Below, piece by piece: positions 19,287 to 28,133 of a DNA stretch of 55,542 bases. Position numbers and translations under genes: made by a program. Each line of letters begins with the position of its first letter. Within the stretch, counting starts at the first letter, position 1. The stretch lies in the sequence record SRR2962707_3083; one strand, written 5' to 3'. The notes below the pieces were generated by a model that saw only the letters and a list, made by a program, of their open reading frames with translations, did no database searches and was not told the DNA's origin.

Positions 19287-20027
19287 GTGAGCCAGCCCAG
19301 ACCCTACATTGCGGTGACACCCCACCGTCCCGCAGAGCCAACCGGTGCCCCGGTGCTCCTCATCCATGGCTTTTATTCTTCAGGGGCCAACGATTGGCCT
19401 GACGACAAATGGGGCGAGGAACTTGTGCATAAGGGGCGTGCAGCGATCGTGATCGATCTTCCCGCACATGGTTCTAGTGCGCGAGTTGGCGACACAAAAA
19501 GTGCCACGACGACGCGTGTCATCGAAGCGATCGCCGATCTCGTCGCCAAGGAAGGAAGGCCGGTGGATGTCATCGGATACTCGCTGGGCGCTCGCCTGGC
19601 CTGGTCTTTTGCCAGCCGACACCCGGGCCTGGTGAACTCAGCACTTCTGGCTGGTCTGAGTCCAGGGGATCCGTTCGCCGTGATCGACTACAAGGCCGCA
19701 CGCACGTTTGCCGACGAGGGCACACCCCCTTCCGACAAGATGACCGCGATGATTGTGGGCATGGCCGTGGGACCGGACAAGGACAGCCACTCCTTGATCA
19801 ACCTGATGGAAGGGCTTGGATCCGAGCCGTTCGATCCCGGTGCCGAAGCGCCAAAGTGCCCGGTTCTGTTCGTCGCAGGAAGCGAGGATCAGGTGGCCGG
19901 AGGGATCGATGCGTTGGAGGCGCACGCTACAGGAGCAAGGACCGAGCGCGTGCCGGGAGATCACTTCTCGGCGCTCCACGGACAAGAGTTTCGGAAGGCT
20001 GCCTTTCGGTTTCTTGGACTGAACTAA
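19287..20027 (+). CDS. Alpha/beta fold hydrolase
   Basis: LLIHGF, DLPAHG, GYSLG, GSED, GDH triad; GTG start with AGGAG RBS. Confidence 0.9.
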   Translation: MSQPRPYIAVTPHRPAEPTGAPVLLIHGFYSSGANDWPDDKWGEELVHKGRAAIVIDLPAHGSSARVGDTKSATTTRVIEAIADLVAKEGRPVDVIGYSLGARLAWSFASRHPGLVNSALLAGLSPGDPFAVIDYKAARTFADEGTPPSDKMTAMIVGMAVGPDKDSHSLINLMEGLGSEPFDPGAEAPKCPVLFVAGSEDQVAGGIDALEAHATGARTERVPGDHFSALHGQEFRKAAFRFLGLN

Positions 20028-20153
20028 AGGCGCCGCTACATCGCGGCGATCATACCAATCCCTCGCGGTCTGGATCAATCCGGGCGTGGCCAGAACCTGG
20101 CTGCGGGCGATTCCGCGCGGGCAATCGAGCACGACCAGCAAGAAGGAAAAGAC

Positions 20154-21146
20154 ATGAAAACCACACCCGTCAAAACTGACCCATCCCGCATACTCGATAT
20201 CGCCACAGGCTATATGGCCGCCCAGCAACTTTTCGCCGCGAGCCGTATTGGATTGTTCAGGGCGATCTCCGAGGGTGCCGCGTCTTCTGAGGACATCGCA
20301 TCGATCTGCTATGTTACTCCACGCATGGCCCGTATCCTTGCCGATACCATGGCGTCACTGGACCTGCTCACGCGGGCAAACGCGCAATACGCGCTAACTG
20401 ATGCCGCCCGTACCTATCTCCTGGGGGATGCGTCTGAACTGGACCTGGCGCCGTTCCTGACTTTCCTGCGTGAGATCAGCTACCCGCACTGGCTCCAGTT
20501 CACACAGACAGTCAACACCGACCAGCCCGGTGATCTGGGCATGAACGAAGCACGTTGGGACACATTCCTGGGTGGTGTCATGACGTACAATCGCTTGCAC
20601 GCCGATATGTTTGCCAATGCGATGGACTTCTCCGAGCACAAAAACGCTCTCGATCTCGGCGGTTTGGCCCCGTATTTCGCCATTCGTGCGATGCAGTCCA
20701 ACACCGACCTCAAGACGACCTTTGCCTATGCGCCCGATTTCGCAGACCGGATTCCCGAGCAACTGGCCGAGGCCGGTGTCGCCGAACGCTCCCAGGTTGT
20801 CGGAATGCCGACCGCTACCGCTCGGCCGCAGGGTGATCATGATCTGGTGTTCGTAAACCACGTTATCCATCGTTTCTCGGCCGAAGAGAATCAACAGATA
20901 TTCAAGAACGCCCGCGCAGCTTCTGTAGAAGGTGCCAGACTAACGGTGCTTGACTTCTTTCTGGATGATGAGCCCAAGCAAAGGGCAATCGACGCATTGC
21001 ACGCTGGAGAATACCTCGTTATCGACGGTACCGTCGTTTTCCCCGAGAGCGAAGTCCGGCAGTGGCTGGAGGGATCGGGGTGGCGCCCCATCGAAACCAT
21101 CACCTTGCCCGGATGCCCCAGGGTATTGGTCGCCGAGGCCGTGTGA
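20154..21146 (+). CDS. O-methyltransferase-fold protein (dimerisation domain + Rossmann domain) with degenerate SAM motifs
   Basis: N-terminal GYMAAQQLFAASRIGLF wHTH, LDLGG, NHVIH, LTVLDF; motif I/II/III residues atypical. Confidence 0.8.
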   Translation: MKTTPVKTDPSRILDIATGYMAAQQLFAASRIGLFRAISEGAASSEDIASICYVTPRMARILADTMASLDLLTRANAQYALTDAARTYLLGDASELDLAPFLTFLREISYPHWLQFTQTVNTDQPGDLGMNEARWDTFLGGVMTYNRLHADMFANAMDFSEHKNALDLGGLAPYFAIRAMQSNTDLKTTFAYAPDFADRIPEQLAEAGVAERSQVVGMPTATARPQGDHDLVFVNHVIHRFSAEENQQIFKNARAASVEGARLTVLDFFLDDEPKQRAIDALHAGEYLVIDGTVVFPESEVRQWLEGSGWRPIETITLPGCPRVLVAEAV

Positions 21147-21156
21147 AGGGCATTAA

Positions 21157-21179
21157 TCGGGGCCGGTTGCCGGCCCCGA
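21157..21179. terminator. Stem-loop between convergent genes
   Basis: Perfect 10-bp arms TCGGGGCCGG/CCGGCCCCGA. Confidence 0.7.
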
Positions 21180-21186
21180 CCTGTGT

Positions 21187-22581
21187 TCAGTTGACTGCGC
21201 GGTCGTGAACGATACGTCCGCCCACCATCGTCATGTCGACTTCGATATTGGGTAGTGCCGACGCACCGATCGCCAGCGGATCATGCTCAAGGACGCAAAT
21301 GTCCGCGACCTTTCCAACTTCGAGAGTACCCTTCCAATCGGCCGCCCCATCCTGGATGGCAGGGATGGCGGTGTACATGCGCAGAAGTTCGGTCAGGATG
21401 CCCTCATCGACGACAACGTCCCTGCGCTCGAGCTGGAGTGCCGCCGACGCAATGACCCGTCGCCAATCAGGGCTGGCGACCGGAGCATCGGAACTGAGGA
21501 TAGCGTTCAGTGCGTGTCCAACCAGTTTATCCATCGGCCACGCCTGTTTGACGGTTGCCTCGGAAACGGCTTGCGCCAGCCAGTCCGCAGTTTGGTCGGC
21601 AATGAGAGGCTGCAGCGCGATGCCCATGCGAGCGGATTTGAGACGCTCGATCTGCTCCCGAGTAATCAGGTCGCCGTGAATTACGTAGTGTCCGAGGCGT
21701 TCTGCTCCACCGAGTTTCTCGACGACGGAAATGAACTCCTCGATGGTGCGGTCTCCCGTTGCATGAACTGCAACCTGCAGGCCCCGTTCATGCGCCATGC
21801 TGACCATGGTGCGGAAATCGCAAAGACGCTCTTGCTCGTTTCCGTCGCCAGTCAGCAAGGCACCATGTCCACCGTCACGATAGGGCTCATTCGTCCACGC
21901 TGTACGCATTGGTGGAATGCCATCAGCGAAAATTTTTACGCCCGGGATGCTGAGCCAACGACTATCTGCCGATGGTGCAGGGGTTTCGAGGCCGCGGCGG
22001 TAATCATCGATGGAGCTTGGGCCATCGAGATAGCCGAAAAGCCTCAGAAGGGTTACACGCGCGGTTTGCTCGCGAGACCCGGCAAGCGATGCATAGGTTT
22101 CGAGAACCGCTGTCCCGAAGCACCCTGTTTCGCCGTCGTCTTCTCCCGGTCCAATTCCCGGCTCTGTGTAGCTCGTGATGCCAAGACGTGCGAGTTCCTG
22201 CCAAGCCTTCCGGATTGCCGCGATCCGGTCCTGTTCGCTGCATAGTAGGCGACTGTGCCAGCCAACATCTGAAGACTCGAACATGAGCCGGGGCCATTGC
22301 GCTCCGTACCACACCGCGTGAAGATGGGCATCGTTGATCCCTGGAAGGACTGCGCGTCCCTCGGTCGAGATAATTTTGGTCTCTGGCCCGATCCATCCCT
22401 CTACCTCCGATTTCGATCCTACGGCGGCAATCGTATCCCCAATGACGGCAAGGGCCTGCGCAACGCGTCTGCCCTCGTCGAGAACATGTACGGTGCCTCC
22501 AAGAAACGCCATATCGGCAAATGGCTTGTGGCCGCTTTTACCCCGTCGGGTAGGTGACGAAGTCGCGTCCGGGAAGTGCAT
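21187..22581 (-). CDS. Amidohydrolase 3 (YtcJ/NfdA-like), shortened
   Basis: PGINDAHLH, VKIFADG, VHATGD, VIHGD, SSDAP, GKVAD; start ATG 22581 with GGAGA RBS. Confidence 0.87.
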   Translation of the reverse strand: MHFPDATSSPTRRGKSGHKPFADMAFLGGTVHVLDEGRRVAQALAVIGDTIAAVGSKSEVEGWIGPETKIISTEGRAVLPGINDAHLHAVWYGAQWPRLMFESSDVGWHSRLLCSEQDRIAAIRKAWQELARLGITSYTEPGIGPGEDDGETGCFGTAVLETYASLAGSREQTARVTLLRLFGYLDGPSSIDDYRRGLETPAPSADSRWLSIPGVKIFADGIPPMRTAWTNEPYRDGGHGALLTGDGNEQERLCDFRTMVSMAHERGLQVAVHATGDRTIEEFISVVEKLGGAERLGHYVIHGDLITREQIERLKSARMGIALQPLIADQTADWLAQAVSEATVKQAWPMDKLVGHALNAILSSDAPVASPDWRRVIASAALQLERRDVVVDEGILTELLRMYTAIPAIQDGAADWKGTLEVGKVADICVLEHDPLAIGASALPNIEVDMTMVGGRIVHDRAVN

Positions 22582-22617
22582 ATTATCTCCATTGTTCGTT
22601 CGGACCGATACCGAATT

Positions 22618-22631
22618 TCCACCAATGTAGA
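22618..22631. promoter_or_regulatory. Putative TetR operator TCCACCAATGTAGA
   Basis: 10/12 match to TCTACA-N2-TGTAGA, about 37 bp upstream of the amidohydrolase start. Confidence 0.5.
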
Positions 22632-22663
22632 CATAAAAGCAATGGAGCGACAGTCCTTTTCCT

Positions 22664-23830
22664 TCATGTGCCGTGCTTAACCGTACTCTCGGTTTTGGGT
22701 TGGGGACCATTCAGGGAGCGGAGGCAGAACAAGCTGGCAACCACGATTGGCAGACAGACAAGGTATGAGGACCGAATACCGAAATGCTCCGCAACAAATC
22801 CAAGCAACGGGGGGCCAAGAAAGAAAATTACAAAGGCCGACTGCCCCAGTGCCGCCACATTTATGGCCGCCGGACGGTCGGTGCGTTGTGCCGCCGCTGA
22901 TATGGTAATGGGATAAACAGCCGAGCACCCAAGCCCCATCATGGTGAATCCAATAATCGCACTGGCGGCGTTCGGAGCAATGGCGATCATGAGAGCGCCA
23001 CCTCCCACCAATGACAGCAACCAACCCGTCGCCATTCTCGCTCCCAGTCTGTCAACGACCGGGTCGGCAAACCAACGCGCTACGGCCATGACCAACGTAA
23101 AGGCCGATAGGGCCAACCCGGCGATGATCGGGTCGGATGCGAAAACGTCTCGCATATAGATGAGCGACCAATCAACGCCGGCGCCCTCGGCAAGCATTGG
23201 TGAAAAGGCGATAAGGCAGAGGCCCAGCATTCCCAGAGTGGGAAGGGCAAAGAGGGGGCCCTCCATCTCGGATGAGCCGGTGCGCACTGGAGCGGGCCGA
23301 ATTTTTAGGACGACCGTGGCAATGATGAATGCGACGATAGGTATGACCCCGGTCAGATGCGCCCAAGTCGGAACGCCGAACTGGCGCACGACCGCTCCGA
23401 TCAGGGCCGCAACGAAGAAGCCGAAACTCCACAGACTGTGAGCGCGGCTCATTATCCCATGCCCGAGAGTCGCCGCGCGCCTATCGGTTTCGACATTGAG
23501 GCAGACTTCGAGGGCTCCCACCATCATCCCTTGCAAGAGCAAGACTGAAAACGTCCATGTTAATGTCGGCGCGTACGGCACGGCAGCGCACAGCGCTGCG
23601 ATGCCCATCAGGGGGACTGCGATCGCCAAGCGCGTGCCCAGGCGCGCGATGACAGGGGCCGCAAAGGTCAGCCCGGTAAGCGCTCCAAGTGAACTCCCGA
23701 TCAAGACGAGGCCCAGTTCAGATTCCTTTGCGCCAAGCGAGGTTTGAATGTCCGGCAAACGCGAGAAGAAACTTCCCAAGGTAAATGAGAAGGCAAAAAA
23801 ACTCGCATAGAGGCGATGATGCGGTTGCAT
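22664..23830 (-). CDS. MFS transporter
   Basis: About 12 hydrophobic segments; FFSRLPDIQ, ARLGTR, DRLGAR loop motifs. Confidence 0.9.
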   Translation of the reverse strand: MQPHHRLYASFFAFSFTLGSFFSRLPDIQTSLGAKESELGLVLIGSSLGALTGLTFAAPVIARLGTRLAIAVPLMGIAALCAAVPYAPTLTWTFSVLLLQGMMVGALEVCLNVETDRRAATLGHGIMSRAHSLWSFGFFVAALIGAVVRQFGVPTWAHLTGVIPIVAFIIATVVLKIRPAPVRTGSSEMEGPLFALPTLGMLGLCLIAFSPMLAEGAGVDWSLIYMRDVFASDPIIAGLALSAFTLVMAVARWFADPVVDRLGARMATGWLLSLVGGGALMIAIAPNAASAIIGFTMMGLGCSAVYPITISAAAQRTDRPAAINVAALGQSAFVIFFLGPPLLGFVAEHFGIRSSYLVCLPIVVASLFCLRSLNGPQPKTESTVKHGT

Positions 23831-24105
23831 GAGGTGCAGCCTTGTTCGGGGTGGTTGAATGCGCGCACTCTATGCAAGGGAGCGATGATCGCCACACCGC
23901 ACCGTTGCCCGATGGTGCAGTCTGGCTTGCTCAACAGGGCGACGTCGAATTTCTGCGGCGCCGAGGATTTTTTCGGCATCCGTTCCAATCAATGATTGAT
24001 GCACCGTTGGGCAAGACCGATCTGCAGGTGCGGACTAGCCTTCTAATGCCGGTTTTCCAAAGGATGGAGGTCGGGCGAACGGAATTTTGTTCGTAGAGGG
24101 GGAAT

Positions 24106-25767
24106 ATGTCAGCGCAAACTGTCTTTACCAACGGTCGAATCTATACCGTGAGCCGGGAGCAGCCCTGGGTCACCGCTCTGGCGGTGCGTGATGGGAAGAT
24201 TCTGGCGCGCGGCAACGCACACGACATGGACGAGCTGATTGGGGCGCACACCAAAGTGGTGGACCTCGGCGGCAAAATGGTCATGCCCGGTATCGTTGAC
24301 GTCCATAACCACATCCTGCTCGGTGGTTTGTCGGAATTGTTCGAGCTTCGCTTTCCAGGAACGCTCACGCGCACGGAAATTTTAGACCTTGTTAGCGCTG
24401 CGGCCGCAAAGGCGGAGGAGGGGCAGTGGATTATCGGCACCCAATGGGGCGCCGATCTCAACGGTATCCTGAACTCAGACGAGTCTCTCGCCCTGCTCGA
24501 TGCCGCAAGCGGAGGCAATCCAGTGCTTCTGCGCGATGAAACCTTTCACAATCGCTGGGTGAATTCCGCTGCGATGGCTGTCGCCGGTATTACCCAGGAC
24601 GCTGCGGACCCCGAACAAGGGACTTTTGGCCGAGATCCAAAATCCGGTCGCCTGACCGGATTGATGATTGAGGCTGCGTCGGGAATCGTTGAGCGCGCGG
24701 CATTGGAACAAGGCGCCGTTTCTGCGGAAATGAATATCGCCGCGGTCAAAAAGGCGATCAACACGCTCAGCGCCTTTGGAGTGACAGCGTTCATGGACGC
24801 GGCGTCGATGCAAAACGTGATGCAAGCGCTTGCCGGGCTGGATGACGAGGGCGGATTAACAGCCTGGGCTGTATGCGCCATGCCTGCTGTAGAGCCGACA
24901 TTTCTCTTCGGTATCGCGGGAGATGCGTTGTTTGCGGAGCGGGAGCAGTATCGTCGCGATCATGTGCACCCGGATTTCGTGAAGTTCTTTCTCGATGGCG
25001 TGCCAGGGGCCAAGACTGCGGCTTTTCACGAATCCTACCTCGAGGATCCCATCCACGGGTGCTGTTTTCGCGGCGAAACCATGATGACTTATCCCGACCT
25101 TATCCGCTGGTTGGGCAAGTGCGAGAAGTTGGGTCTCGCCGTAAAGATTCACTGTGCAGGCGATGCAGCGGTCAGCCAGGCGTTGGACGCGGTGGATGTA
25201 GTGCGCAGTTTCAACGGTCCGACTGACCTCATCCACCACATCGCACATGCCAGTTACATACGCCCCGACGATATCGAGCGTTTTGCGCAGCTCGGTGTCG
25301 CGGCCGATCTGTCTCCTATGATCTGGTATCCAACGACGTTCCTTGAAGCTCACAGGGAGGCAATGGGTGAGGCACGGGCCGAGCGGTTCTGGCCAAACAA
25401 GGATTTACAGAATGCAAAGGCCCTGATGGCGGGCGGTTCGGACTGGCCGGTCATCCCAAATCCCAATCCCTGGAACGGGATAGAAGGACTCGTGACGCGC
25501 AAAAACCCGGCTGGTGCTTTTGCCGATAAAGCTCTGTGGCCCGAGCAGGCTGTGGATCTGGCGTCAGCCGTGGAAATCTTCACGATCAACTCGGCGCGGG
25601 CGATTGGTCTCGGCGACGATGTCGGCAGCCTCGACGTTGGCAAGTCCGCAGATCTAATCGTCCTGAACCAGAACATCTTTGAGGTTCCGGTCGATACCAT
25701 TTCGGACACCAAGGTCGAAGAGACCTACTTTGAGGGCAGCAGCGTTTTTACTCGGAGCGCCCCATGA
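24106..25767 (+). CDS. Amidohydrolase 3 (YtcJ/NfdA N-substituted formamide deformylase-like)
   Basis: NGRIYT, PGIVDVHNH, VKFFLDG, IHCAGD, IAHAS, GGSDWP, GKSADL. Confidence 0.92.
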   Translation: MSAQTVFTNGRIYTVSREQPWVTALAVRDGKILARGNAHDMDELIGAHTKVVDLGGKMVMPGIVDVHNHILLGGLSELFELRFPGTLTRTEILDLVSAAAAKAEEGQWIIGTQWGADLNGILNSDESLALLDAASGGNPVLLRDETFHNRWVNSAAMAVAGITQDAADPEQGTFGRDPKSGRLTGLMIEAASGIVERAALEQGAVSAEMNIAAVKKAINTLSAFGVTAFMDAASMQNVMQALAGLDDEGGLTAWAVCAMPAVEPTFLFGIAGDALFAEREQYRRDHVHPDFVKFFLDGVPGAKTAAFHESYLEDPIHGCCFRGETMMTYPDLIRWLGKCEKLGLAVKIHCAGDAAVSQALDAVDVVRSFNGPTDLIHHIAHASYIRPDDIERFAQLGVAADLSPMIWYPTTFLEAHREAMGEARAERFWPNKDLQNAKALMAGGSDWPVIPNPNPWNGIEGLVTRKNPAGAFADKALWPEQAVDLASAVEIFTINSARAIGLGDDVGSLDVGKSADLIVLNQNIFEVPVDTISDTKVEETYFEGSSVFTRSAP

Positions 25768-26873
25768 ACCGGACCAAGATTCCGGTCCTGATTGTTACGG
25801 GGTTCCTTGGAAGCGGGAAGACGACGCTGCTCAATCGCCTGCTGAGCCAGCCCAGCATGGCCGGTACGCTGGCAATCATCAACGAGTTTGGTGAGGTCGG
25901 CCTCGATCACCTGCTTCTCGAAGTCACCGAAGAGCGCATGGCTCTGCTCGAAAACGGTTGCGTTTGCTGCACGGTGCGGGACGATCTCGTCCAGACATTG
26001 CTCGATGTCGACAACAGGCGTCGGGCGGGGGCGCTACACGTTGACAGAGTCATCATCGAGACAACGGGCCTTGCCGATCCTGCGCCCATTCTGCACGCGC
26101 TGATGGCCGATGATCGGCTTGAGGCAACCTATGACATTGAAACGGTCGTTACGCTTGTAGATGCGGTGTCCGGCGCTGCTTCTCTGACGTCCTTTCAGGA
26201 GGCGCGAAAGCAGTTGGCGTACGCTGATCAGGTCATCCTCACTAAAGGTGACATCGCGAGCGCTGCAGAGCACGATGAGGCGCGAAATGCCATCACCGCC
26301 GGGAATCCGAGTGCTCGCGTTCGGGAGGTAAGCGCCGGCGAAATATCGGCTGATCTTCTTCTCCAGGGTGCGTTCTCGCGTCGGGCGCAAGATGCGGAGG
26401 CTCTTGCCGAATGGTCCTCTGAAGTCGAGCGATTGATCGCGCGGGCGATCAAGCCTGGCGGCGGGCATGAGCGCCATACGTGTGATGCGCACTGCGATCA
26501 CGTGCATACGGACGTTTCCACGTACGCGTTCACTTTCGAGCAGCCCGTCGACTGGCGCCTGTTCTGCGAGTGGCTGGACAACCTTGCTGCGCTCAAGGGA
26601 CCGGACCTTCTGCGCCTCAAGGGTATCGTCCACATCGCTCAAGATCGGGAGCGACCGATGGTAATCCATTGTGTCCAGCATGTCTTCAATCGCCCCAGGC
26701 AGCTTGAAGCGTGGCCCTCGAGCGATCGCAGGACGCGCCTCGTCTTCATCGTCAAGAACATCGATCGGGAGGTTATCGAGCGCACTCTCGTGAAATTCGT
26801 CGCGCTGGATCCAGGGCAAATGACTGGCGTGCATTTGAGGAGCATGCACGCCCAGGAGCGCCAATTTAACTAA
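25764..26873 (+). CDS. COG0523 (CobW-family) G3E GTPase metallochaperone
   Basis: TGFLGSGKTT, NEFGE, GCVCC, IETTGLADP, TKGD, His/Cys tract HERHTCDAHCDHVH, LLRLKG. Confidence 0.92.
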   Translation: MNRTKIPVLIVTGFLGSGKTTLLNRLLSQPSMAGTLAIINEFGEVGLDHLLLEVTEERMALLENGCVCCTVRDDLVQTLLDVDNRRRAGALHVDRVIIETTGLADPAPILHALMADDRLEATYDIETVVTLVDAVSGAASLTSFQEARKQLAYADQVILTKGDIASAAEHDEARNAITAGNPSARVREVSAGEISADLLLQGAFSRRAQDAEALAEWSSEVERLIARAIKPGGGHERHTCDAHCDHVHTDVSTYAFTFEQPVDWRLFCEWLDNLAALKGPDLLRLKGIVHIAQDRERPMVIHCVQHVFNRPRQLEAWPSSDRRTRLVFIVKNIDREVIERTLVKFVALDPGQMTGVHLRSMHAQERQFN

Positions 26874-26894
26874 GCAAAGGGAGAGGAACCCACC

Positions 26895-28079
26895 ATGAAC
26901 ACATTCAAGAATTTTCTCGCCGCTGCCGGTCTGGCAGGCGTGGCACTGGCACTGTCGGCGGCACCCGCCGCAGCACAGGGGCCGACTTGCGAAGACGGCC
27001 CGATAAGTCTGGGTTCCGTATCCACAGTAACCGGGGTTGTCGATTTCTCGGACGCCCCTAAAGCCGCCGCTGCCGTTTTCGAACAACTCAATGCGCGTGG
27101 CGGCATCAATGGCTGCGAGGTTGAGTATGAGCTCGCGGATGACAGAGGCGACCCGCAAGTGGCCTCTCAGGCGGCGCGCGATCTCATCGACAACAAGGGC
27201 GTGGTCGCGTTGGTAGGTGGTGCCAGTCTTCTCGATTGTGCAGTGAATGCGGGAACCTACGCCCGATCGGGTGTCCTGAATGTCTCCGGTCTCGGCGTCG
27301 ATGCAGCCTGCTTCAATGCACCGTCCATAGCTCCGGTCAATGTTGGCCCGTTTATGCTGTCAACAGCGATGCTCTACTACGCAAGCGAAGTGCTCGAAAA
27401 CGAGAAGCTGTGTGCGTTTTTCATGATCATCGGCGGCACCCAGGAAGCTTATACGCAGGCCGTTGAAAACTGGGAGACGATTACCGGCAAAGAGTTGCAC
27501 CTGATGGATCTCACTCTGCCCGCCCAGGGTGATCTGACCCCATATCTGATCCGTGCGCGCGATGCGGGATGCGAAGCGCTGCTGACCAATCAGGTTGAAC
27601 CCGGTATCGTGCAATGGGTCAATACCGCCGACGCTCAGGGCATAACGGGGATCAATTGGCTGTTCCTGGCGCCGGGATACGCCGACGCAGTTTCAAGCGC
27701 TCTGGCCGACACGGACCAACCGATCTATGTCGGCACCGAATGGGAGCCTTATACCGAATCCAGCGAAGCCAATTCTGATTGGATCGATGTCATGAACGAG
27801 GCGCAATTGCCGCGCACGGCGTTCTCGCAAGGCGGATACCTCGCCGCCCAGGTTATCATCGACGTGGTCTCCTCAATCGACGGTCCAGTAACGCGCGAGG
27901 CGGTCACAACCGCGCTACAGAGCATGGACCCTATCGCTTACCCCATAGCCGGGTCGCCCTATGTCTTCGGTGTCGCCGATGCACACAATCCGATGCGCGC
28001 AACCAAGGTCATGACGCTTGATTCCGGGTCCTGGGAAGTCCTTCTGACAGAATGGCTGGTCCTTCCCGAGGTGAACTGA
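26895..28079 (+). CDS. ABC substrate-binding protein, LivJ-like
   Basis: Signal peptide, NARGGING, DDRGDP; GGAGAGG RBS. Confidence 0.88.
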   Translation: MNTFKNFLAAAGLAGVALALSAAPAAAQGPTCEDGPISLGSVSTVTGVVDFSDAPKAAAAVFEQLNARGGINGCEVEYELADDRGDPQVASQAARDLIDNKGVVALVGGASLLDCAVNAGTYARSGVLNVSGLGVDAACFNAPSIAPVNVGPFMLSTAMLYYASEVLENEKLCAFFMIIGGTQEAYTQAVENWETITGKELHLMDLTLPAQGDLTPYLIRARDAGCEALLTNQVEPGIVQWVNTADAQGITGINWLFLAPGYADAVSSALADTDQPIYVGTEWEPYTESSEANSDWIDVMNEAQLPRTAFSQGGYLAAQVIIDVVSSIDGPVTREAVTTALQSMDPIAYPIAGSPYVFGVADAHNPMRATKVMTLDSGSWEVLLTEWLVLPEVN

Positions 28080-28085
28080 GGATGT

Positions 28086-28114
28086 CCCGCGCCCGGGGGA
28101 CACCCCGGCGCGGG
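28086..28114 (+). terminator. GC-rich stem-loop after the SBP gene
   Basis: CCCGCGCC(C)GGGG/CCCCGGCGCGGG with one bulge. Confidence 0.5.
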
Positions 28115-28133
28115 CCCCAGAAAGGTCAATGTC

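Noticed and set aside
23842..24096. 84-aa ORF in the MFS/amidohydrolase gap
   Set aside because: TTG start, no recognisable similarity, and it occupies the expected divergent promoter region.
25764..26873. Cobalamin biosynthesis (cobW)
   Set aside because: No cob genes or B12 riboswitch seen; COG0523 is a broad family.
26034..27158. 374-aa minus-strand ORF (similarly 40302-41351 and 21283-22245)
   Set aside because: Antisense to confident genes; no family motifs.
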